DNA of 64,000 nt from an uncultured Thermoleophilia bacterium (GTDB lineage: Bacteria > Actinomycetota > Thermoleophilia > UBA2241): assembly GCA_963699725.1 (NCBI GenBank), contig CAVOVA010000020.1:6442-70441 (forward strand). The letters run 5' to 3'. Positions 58,588 through 64,000 of the stretch are shown here, in pieces. Numbering within the stretch: the stretch's first letter is position 1; each line of letters opens with the position of its first letter. The position numbers and the translations under genes are program-made. Under the pieces are notes generated by a model. That model ran no database searches, had not been told where the DNA came from, and saw only the letters and a list, made by a program, of their open reading frames with translations.

Positions 58588-61440
58588 ATGCCCCGCCCCC
58601 GCCCTCGCTTCGTGGTGATCGACACCGAGACCACCGGCCTCGATCCCCTGAACGACCGCATCATCGACATCGGGGCCGTGCGGCTCGACGAGACCCTCGC
58701 CGTCACCGAACTCTTCACGACGCTGGTCGACCCCGTCGTGCCCATCCCGCTCTTCGTCACCCGCCTGACGGGCATCGAGGATGCCGACGTCGCCGGCGCG
58801 CCGGACATGGCCGAGGCCTTCGCCGACCTGCGGGCGTTCGCCGGCGACGCGATCCTCGTGGGCCACAACGCCGCGTTCGACCGCGAGCACCTCGCAGCCG
58901 CCGCGCGGCGCGCCGGGACGGCGGCGCTCGACAACGAGTGGTTCGACACGCTCGAGGCGGCCCTGCTGCTCTTTCCCGAGCTCGACCGCCACGCGCTGCC
59001 CGTGCTGGCCGAGGCACTGCGGCTGGAGACGCGCGCTCACCGGGCGCTGCCCGACGCGGAGGCGACGGCGGAGGTCCTCGCCCACCTCGCGCGGCGGGCC
59101 GCCGGCCTGGCCGAGGTGGAGCGGCGGCTGTTGGAGGCGATCTCGTGGGCCCCGCTGCGACTGCTGGACGCATGCGGGGCGGCGCCCGACGAAGCTCCTC
59201 CGCCCCTGGTCGCCGACGAGCCGCCGGAGACGCCCGGTCCCCTTGCCGTCCTCCCCGTCGATCCGGGCAACTGGAGGCACGAGCTCGATGGCCACGGGGA
59301 CGGCGCGGACGGGGACGCCGCTCCAGGCCTCGCCGGCCGTCTCCCCGGCTTCCGCCGGCGGCCAGGCCAGGTGGACTATGCGGAGGCCGCCGCCGACGTC
59401 TTCAGGCGCGGCGGCATCGGCCTCTTCGAGGCGGGCACCGGCATGGGCAAGAGCCTGGGCTATCTGTTGCCGGCGGCCTTCGCCGGAGCCGCCTCCGGCC
59501 GCCGGCTTCTCGTGAGCACCAAGACCAAGGCGCTGCAGCGCCAGCTGGCGCGGACGGAACTGCCGCTCGTCGCCGGTGCGCTGCCTCCGGGCTGGCGGTG
59601 GGCGCTGCTGATGGGGCGGGAGAACTACCTCTGCCGCCGGCGCACGGACGAGGCCGTGGCCGCGGAGTCTGAGACGCTCCCCGATCCCGGCCGCGCCCTG
59701 GCGCTGGCCTACCTCGTGGGGCGGGCGCGTCGAGGCGATGTCGACCTCTCCGCCCTGCCGTACCGCGCCACACTGGTGCTGCCGGCGCTCGCCGACCTCG
59801 CACGCGAGCTGCGCTCGTCCCGGTCGACGTGCCTCGGGCGCTTCTGCCCCGCGCGCCGGGGATGTCACTGGCGGCTGGCGCGCAGCCGGGCCGAGGCGGC
59901 CCACCTGGTCTGCGTCAACCACGCCCTCCTGCTCACGGGAAGGGAGACGCTCCCCGCCTTCGAGGACGTCGTGATCGACGAGGCGCACCTCCTGTATCAC
60001 GAGGCCACGGAGGCGTTCAGTGACAGGGTCGACGCGCGGTCGCTGGACCAGCTCCTCGGCGACCTCGGAGGCAGGCACCGGCAGCGGCCTCTCGCCCAGC
60101 GGCTCCGCGCCGCCGCGCGCAGGCTGGGCGCCGACGAGGCGCGCGCGGTGGTGGCCGCTGCTGATGCCTGCGACGTCGCCGCGGAGGAGGCGCCCGCCCT
60201 GAGCCGGGCCCTCGGCGAGGCCGTGGCCGGCCTCGCCGCCGCCGGCGCCGACGAGGATGGAGAGCCCGCAGGCGGAGGCAGCCGGCCGGGGGGCGAGTAC
60301 AACGCCACGGTGTGGCTCACGGCGGGCCTGCGCGACCTGCCGGAGCACGTCCTCTTCCAGGTCCGTGCCGGTCTGCTCGCGGAGACGCTCACCAGACTCG
60401 CGACCGCCGCGGCAGCCGGCGCGGAAGCGCTGCCGGAGGACCACCGCGAGCGCGCCGCGCTCGTGGCGCTGGCCGACGACGCCGGCGCGGCGGCCGGACT
60501 GCTCGGCGACCTGCCCGAAGGCGGCGGGCCGGAGTCCGTCGCGTGGGCCGAGCTCGAGAGCACCCAGCACGCCGCCTCGGGTAGGCCGCGCTGGGCGCTT
60601 ACTCGCTCGCCGGTCACGCCGGCCGCGGGCATCAGGGAGATCCTCTGGGACCGGCTGCGCAGTGGCATCCTCACCAGCGCGACGCTGACGGTGGCGGGCT
60701 CGTTCTCCTACTTCCGCGACATGACCGGGCTGGCTCGCGACGTCGACGTCCGCGAGCAGGTGTTCGCATCGCCGTTCGACTACCGCCGCCAGGCCGTCCT
60801 CGTCCTCGAGCACGATCCCGGAGGCGCATGGCGTCCCGATGCATTGGCCGATCGGCAAGGCGAGCGCCTCAAACGTATCGCCGCGGTCACCGGCGGCCGC
60901 ACGCTCGCCCTCTTCACCAACAAGCGCGATATGCACCGCGTCGCAGCCGTCGTCGGCGAGCACGTGGAGGACGACGGCGTCCTCGTCCTCGCCCAGGGGC
61001 TGCACGGAAGCGCAGCCAGCCTCGCGGAGGAGTTCCGCACCCACCCGGACACGATCCTGCTCGGGGTCGACACGCTGTGGACGGGACAGGACTTCCCCGG
61101 GGACGCGCTCACCTGTCTGGTGATCGCGAAGCTGCCGTTTCCGCGCCTCGACCCTCTCTTCCGCGCGCGCAGGCGCGCCTGTGAGGAAGCCGGCGAGCGC
61201 TGGTTCGAACGGTTCTACCTGCCGGAGGCCGTGCTCAAGTTCCGGCAAGGATTCGGTCGGCTGATCCGCACCGAGAGCGATGCCGGCGTCATCGTGGTGC
61301 TCGACCACCGGCTCACGCAGAAGGCCTATCGCAAGGACTTCCTCGGCAGCCTGCCGGACATGGACGTCGTCGAGGCGGCGCCCGCCGAGCTCGCCGCTGT
61401 GGTGGAACACCACCTGCGGCGACTCACGAAGGGCGCCTGA
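58588..61440 (+). CDS. dinG: DnaQ-like 3'-5' exonuclease fused to a DinG/XPD-family ATP-dependent helicase
   Basis: 950 aa. Exo motifs FVVIDTETTGLDP and GHNAAFD. Helicase Walker A EAGTGMGKS, DEAH box, and four Cys between motifs I and II. Confidence 0.9.
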   Translation: MPRPRPRFVVIDTETTGLDPLNDRIIDIGAVRLDETLAVTELFTTLVDPVVPIPLFVTRLTGIEDADVAGAPDMAEAFADLRAFAGDAILVGHNAAFDREHLAAAARRAGTAALDNEWFDTLEAALLLFPELDRHALPVLAEALRLETRAHRALPDAEATAEVLAHLARRAAGLAEVERRLLEAISWAPLRLLDACGAAPDEAPPPLVADEPPETPGPLAVLPVDPGNWRHELDGHGDGADGDAAPGLAGRLPGFRRRPGQVDYAEAAADVFRRGGIGLFEAGTGMGKSLGYLLPAAFAGAASGRRLLVSTKTKALQRQLARTELPLVAGALPPGWRWALLMGRENYLCRRRTDEAVAAESETLPDPGRALALAYLVGRARRGDVDLSALPYRATLVLPALADLARELRSSRSTCLGRFCPARRGCHWRLARSRAEAAHLVCVNHALLLTGRETLPAFEDVVIDEAHLLYHEATEAFSDRVDARSLDQLLGDLGGRHRQRPLAQRLRAAARRLGADEARAVVAAADACDVAAEEAPALSRALGEAVAGLAAAGADEDGEPAGGGSRPGGEYNATVWLTAGLRDLPEHVLFQVRAGLLAETLTRLATAAAAGAEALPEDHRERAALVALADDAGAAAGLLGDLPEGGGPESVAWAELESTQHAASGRPRWALTRSPVTPAAGIREILWDRLRSGILTSATLTVAGSFSYFRDMTGLARDVDVREQVFASPFDYRRQAVLVLEHDPGGAWRPDALADRQGERLKRIAAVTGGRTLALFTNKRDMHRVAAVVGEHVEDDGVLVLAQGLHGSAASLAEEFRTHPDTILLGVDTLWTGQDFPGDALTCLVIAKLPFPRLDPLFRARRRACEEAGERWFERFYLPEAVLKFRQGFGRLIRTESDAGVIVVLDHRLTQKAYRKDFLGSLPDMDVVEAAPAELAAVVEHHLRRLTKGA

Positions 61441-61499
61441 CTCCGCAGACAGGAGACCACCCGGCTCTCACGACAGCGTGCCCCGACGCGTGGTCTACG

Positions 61500-61667
61500 T
61501 CAGCGCGTACCGTCCGGGCGCTCACACCCACCGAGCAGCCCTTTGACGCCGGCGGCGCGTACGCAGCCGGAGCGGGCCGTGGCGGCTTGCCGGGCGATGG
61601 CCTCGGCGGCCTTCGTCAGGCGAGCGTCGCGCTGGCGCAGGATCTCGATGACGGTGATGTCGTGCAT
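61500..61667 (-). CDS. 55-codon micro-ORF (two Cys), divergent from arsR; could instead be a small RNA
   Basis: Hand translation gives MHDITVIEILRQRDARLTKAAEAIARQAATARSGCVRAAGVKGLLGGCERPDGTR. GGGAGGG lies 3-4 nt before the ATG, downstream of a strong promoter and operator. It is below the ORF-track size cut-off. Confidence 0.35.
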   Translation of the reverse strand: MHDITVIEILRQRDARLTKAAEAIARQAATARSGCVRAAGVKGLLGGCERPDGTR

Positions 61668-61684
61668 GGTCCCTCCCGGTCCGG

Positions 61685-61710
61685 TTCATATCAAATACTA
61701 TTGATATGAA
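61685..61710. promoter_or_regulatory. Perfect 10-6-10 inverted repeat TTCATATCAA-atacta-TTGATATGAA, candidate ArsR/SmtB operator
   Basis: AT-rich palindrome in an otherwise GC-rich region. It abuts the -10 of the minus-strand promoter and sits next to the arsR gene. Confidence 0.6.
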
Positions 61711-61737
61711 TCCTACTGCCCACCGCCCCCTTGTCAA
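61710..61737 (-). promoter_or_regulatory. Candidate promoter TTGACA - 16 nt - TAGGAT driving the micro-ORF transcript
   Basis: Minus strand reads ggtcTTGACAagggggcggtgggcagTAGGATtcatatcaa... Confidence 0.5.
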
Positions 61738-61754
61738 GACCAAATCAACATTTC

Positions 61755-61783
61755 TTGAACTGACGCACGGCGTGGCGTACAGT
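61755..61783 (+). promoter_or_regulatory. Candidate arsR promoter TTGAAC - 17 nt - TACAGT
   Basis: Located 30 nt upstream of the arsR ATG (RBS GAGG). A degenerate TCAA-N7-TTGA half-site pair overlaps the -35 (61745..61758). Confidence 0.4.
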
Positions 61784-61812
61784 CGACGTGACTACGACGG
61801 CTGAGGTGCCTG

Positions 61813-62241
61813 ATGACCGCACGAGCGTCCGCATCCCACACGGCCGGCCCGGCGCCGGCCGCGTGCTGCCCGCTTCCCGAGAACGTGGCGCCGCTGCCGC
61901 TCGACGCCGGCGAGGACCCGGGCGCCGACGCGGTGGCGGCCCGAGTCAAGGCGCTCGCCGACCCGGTGCGCCTGCGCATGCTCTCGGTGATCGCCGCCGC
62001 CGAGGAGTGCCGTCGCCCCGCGGCGGGAGACGCCTCCGGGCACGCGCCCGCGGGCGTGTGTGTCTGCGAGCTCCAGACGCTGCAGGGGCTCGCGCAGTCC
62101 AAGGCCTCGTACCACCTCAAGGTGCTGCGCGAGGCCGGGCTCGTCCGCGAGGAGCGCCGCGGCAAGTGGAGTTTCTACACGCTTGACACAGAGTCGGCGC
62201 GCGGTCTGCTCGCGGAGCTCACCGCGCGCCTCGGCGCCTGA
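61813..62241 (+). CDS. arsR: ArsR/SmtB-family metalloregulator
   Basis: LADPVRLRMLSVI, CVCEL (alpha-3 Cys pair), SKASYHLKVLREAGLV recognition helix, and an N-terminal CC pair (alpha-3N-type site). Confidence 0.85.
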   Translation: MTARASASHTAGPAPAACCPLPENVAPLPLDAGEDPGADAVAARVKALADPVRLRMLSVIAAAEECRRPAAGDASGHAPAGVCVCELQTLQGLAQSKASYHLKVLREAGLVREERRGKWSFYTLDTESARGLLAELTARLGA

Positions 62242-62281
62242 GGCTGGCCGGCCCGCCGCGGGAGCGGCCGGCCCGCCATGA

Positions 62282-62674
62282 CTACTTGAGCATCCTGCCG
62301 CTGCCCTTGGCGGTCTCGGCGCCGACGCGCTTGACCAGCCGCGCCTTGCTCTGCTTGCCGCAGTGGGGACAAGTCAGGTTCTTGTAGCTGTAGTAGGTGC
62401 CGTCGGGGTTCTTGCCGATCGCCGACGTGGTGAAGAAGTTGACCGTCGTCGGCACCTGGAACGCCTTGCCGCACTTGGCGCACAAGTAGCCCGACTTGCG
62501 CGAGACGAGACTGATGTACATCCACAGCCCGGCGAAGATCATGATGGCAGTCGGCAGCCAGCCCCTCCACGGAAGAACCCACTTCACGGCAACCAGCACG
62601 ATCACGATGAACAGGGCGAGCTTCCAGACCGTACTGAACCAGTCGTGCCGGGTCCTCTCAATGAAACGAGCCAC
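62282..62674 (-). CDS. 130-aa membrane protein with a C-terminal CxxC...CxxC zinc ribbon
   Basis: GTG start preceded by AAAGGAAAGGGA. Two TM helices, then LCAKCGK...CPHCGK. GC content is visibly lower than in neighbouring genes. Confidence 0.65.
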   Translation of the reverse strand: MARFIERTRHDWFSTVWKLALFIVIVLVAVKWVLPWRGWLPTAIMIFAGLWMYISLVSRKSGYLCAKCGKAFQVPTTVNFFTTSAIGKNPDGTYYSYKNLTCPHCGKQSKARLVKRVGAETAKGSGRMLK

Positions 62675-62692
62675 GCGGAATCCCTTTCCTTT

Positions 62693-62824
62693 TCAGTCCC
62701 AGCGGAAGAAATGCCGGGCGGCGAGCCCGGACGTGCCGGTGACGATGAGCACGATGATGAGGCCCCAACGCGCCGACCACGGGCCTGCGCCGGCGCCGCC
62801 GGGCGCCGCTGCGGCCGGCGTCAC
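62693..62824 (-). CDS. 43-aa single-TM micro-protein (tentative)
   Basis: GTG overlaps the upstream micro-ORF stop (GGTGA). VTPAAAAPGGAGAGPWSARWGLIIVLIVTGTSGLAARHFFRWD. Confidence 0.3.
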   Translation of the reverse strand: MTPAAAAPGGAGAGPWSARWGLIIVLIVTGTSGLAARHFFRWD

Positions 62825-62940
62825 CCTCCGACCGGCCCGGCCAGGTAGCTGACCAGGGTGAAGATGCCGAAGAGCACGACCAGGACGACGGCGACGAACG
62901 CCAGCGTGATGAAGAACCCCGCGAACAACTCTCTGGTCAT
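62821..62940 (-). CDS. 39-aa single-TM micro-protein (tentative)
   Basis: ATG preceded by GGGAGC. MTRELFAGFFITLAFVAVVLVVLFGIFTLVSYLAGPVGG. Confidence 0.3.
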   Translation of the reverse strand: MTRELFAGFFITLAFVAVVLVVLFGIFTLVSYLAGPVGG

Positions 62941-63208
62941 GTGAGCTCCCGTCGCGTGTTTGCCGGGCGGGCGCCCGCCGCCACAAAGGCGGACGACCGT
63001 CAGGCAGAGTATGCCACTCCGGCGGGGGAGGAGAAAGCGCGACGTGGGCGTACGCGCCCCGTTGGGCCGTCACGACGCGCGACGGTCTCCCGAGACACGA
63101 CTCCTGCTCAAGCCTTGCCGGTGCCGGAGCCGATGGGTAAGGTGAGCCGGCGTTGGCCGCCAGGCCGGGGGTGCAGAGCAGCCCCGACGGATCCCAAGGA
63201 GGAAACCC

Positions 63209-63883
63209 ATGGAAATCGAGTTCCAGAACGCTCCGGCCTTCACCGTCGCCGTCGTGACGATGGCGCCGGGCGAGCAGATCCGCACCGAGGGCGGCGCGAT
63301 GCTCAGCATGACCACAGGCACGCAGATCGAGACGTCGACACAGGGCGGCATCCTCAAGGGCCTGAAGCGCTCGCTCTCCGGAGAGTCGTTCTTCATGAAC
63401 ACGTTCACGGCGCCGGCGACGGGCGGCGAGATCGTCCTCGCTCACTCCCTGCCCGGCGACATGTCGTACATCGACCAGCAGGGCGACACCTGGCTCTACC
63501 ACCGTGACGGCTTCGTCGCCTGCGAGATGGGGATCGACCTCGACACCAAGTGGGGCGGCCTCAAGGGCGCGTTCGGGGCTTCGTCCTTCTTCGTCGTCAA
63601 GTGCAGCGGGCAGGGCAAGGTGATCTTCGCGACCTACGGCGCGCTGCGGCGCGTCGACCTGCAGGCGGGGCAGCAGTACACCGTGGACAGCGGGCACCTC
63701 GTGGCATGGCACGAGGCGATGCCCATCGAGGTGCACAAGGTCGGAGGCCTCAAATCGCTGTTCTTCTCCGGCGAAGGTTTCGTGGTCTCGCTGACCGGGC
63801 CCGGCACGTTCTTCACGCAGACCCGCAGCGAAGGCGCGTTCGTGAGCTGGCTCGTCCCCTATCTGCCCAAGAACAACAGCTGA
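63209..63883 (+). CDS. AIM24 / TIGR00266-family protein
   Basis: 224 aa, RBS AAGGAGG. Sequence ...GESFFMNTFTA...GGEIVLA...GDTWLYHRDGFVACE...FFVVKCSGQGKVIFATYGA...VDSGHLVAW... is typical of AIM24/DUF124. Confidence 0.85.
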   Translation: MEIEFQNAPAFTVAVVTMAPGEQIRTEGGAMLSMTTGTQIETSTQGGILKGLKRSLSGESFFMNTFTAPATGGEIVLAHSLPGDMSYIDQQGDTWLYHRDGFVACEMGIDLDTKWGGLKGAFGASSFFVVKCSGQGKVIFATYGALRRVDLQAGQQYTVDSGHLVAWHEAMPIEVHKVGGLKSLFFSGEGFVVSLTGPGTFFTQTRSEGAFVSWLVPYLPKNNS

Positions 63884-64000
63884 GGCGGCAGCGAACGCGC
63901 GGCCAACTGTTACCCCGCCGCGCGGCGGGGTAGGACGTCCAGGAGAGCATGCGTCACAGGAGATCGGCACATGAGACCGGACGACCGCCGGCAGAAGGGC

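Noticed and set aside
62246-62277. 12-nt direct repeat GGCCGGCCCGCC x2 separated by 8 nt
   Set aside because: There are only two copies, they are GC-rich and self-complementary, and they lie between convergent genes. The repeat is more likely part of a terminator hairpin than a CRISPR, att site or other repeat element.

Overview
High-GC bacterial chromosome segment. GC was judged by eye, not computed. Gene content and order resemble deep-branching Actinomycetota: hisS, relA, recJ, uvrB/uvrA/uvrC, rapZ-yvcK-whiA, gap-pgk-tpiA-secG, coaE-rpsA-polA. Almost everything from 1 to 44.5 kb is on the minus strand and tightly packed, with many 4-nt GTGA/ATGA stop/start overlaps. This part holds housekeeping genes, an Opp/Dpp-type peptide ABC transporter with two tandem binding proteins, a glycolytic operon containing an in-frame PGK-TPI fusion, and a nucleotide-excision-repair block with small extra genes embedded. 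From 44.5 to 64 kb the content looks more accessory and uses both strands: tRNA-Leu(GAG), DUF72, an M20 peptidase, an ADP-ribosylglycohydrolase, a MarR/GbsR regulator with an RND pump, a ferritin-like protein with a histone-like tail, an MFS transporter, two tandem HTH-GAF regulators, an exonuclease-DinG helicase, an orphan ArsR unit, small membrane proteins and an AIM24-family protein. I found no CRISPR array, rRNA, transposase or integrase. The most unusual locus is at 20.6-26.2 kb. It holds a 1404-aa protein whose last ~500 aa look like the ATP-grasp and phosphohistidine swivel domains of pyruvate phosphate dikinase. This protein lacks the PEP/pyruvate TIM-barrel domain and instead has an unrecognisable N-terminal region of ~900 aa. 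It is divergently paired with an atypical 411-aa GAPDH paralogue, and the pair sits between whiA and the canonical gap operon. Other points worth a second look are a chain of stop/start-overlapped mini-ORFs between rapZ and yvcK, an ArsR operator/promoter unit driving a 55-codon Cys-containing micro-ORF, leaderless tandem HTH-GAF paralogues, and a STAS/anti-sigma-kinase fusion with Asp in place of the phospho-serine. All family assignments come from motif recognition by eye. No database search was possible, and start codons are best guesses.
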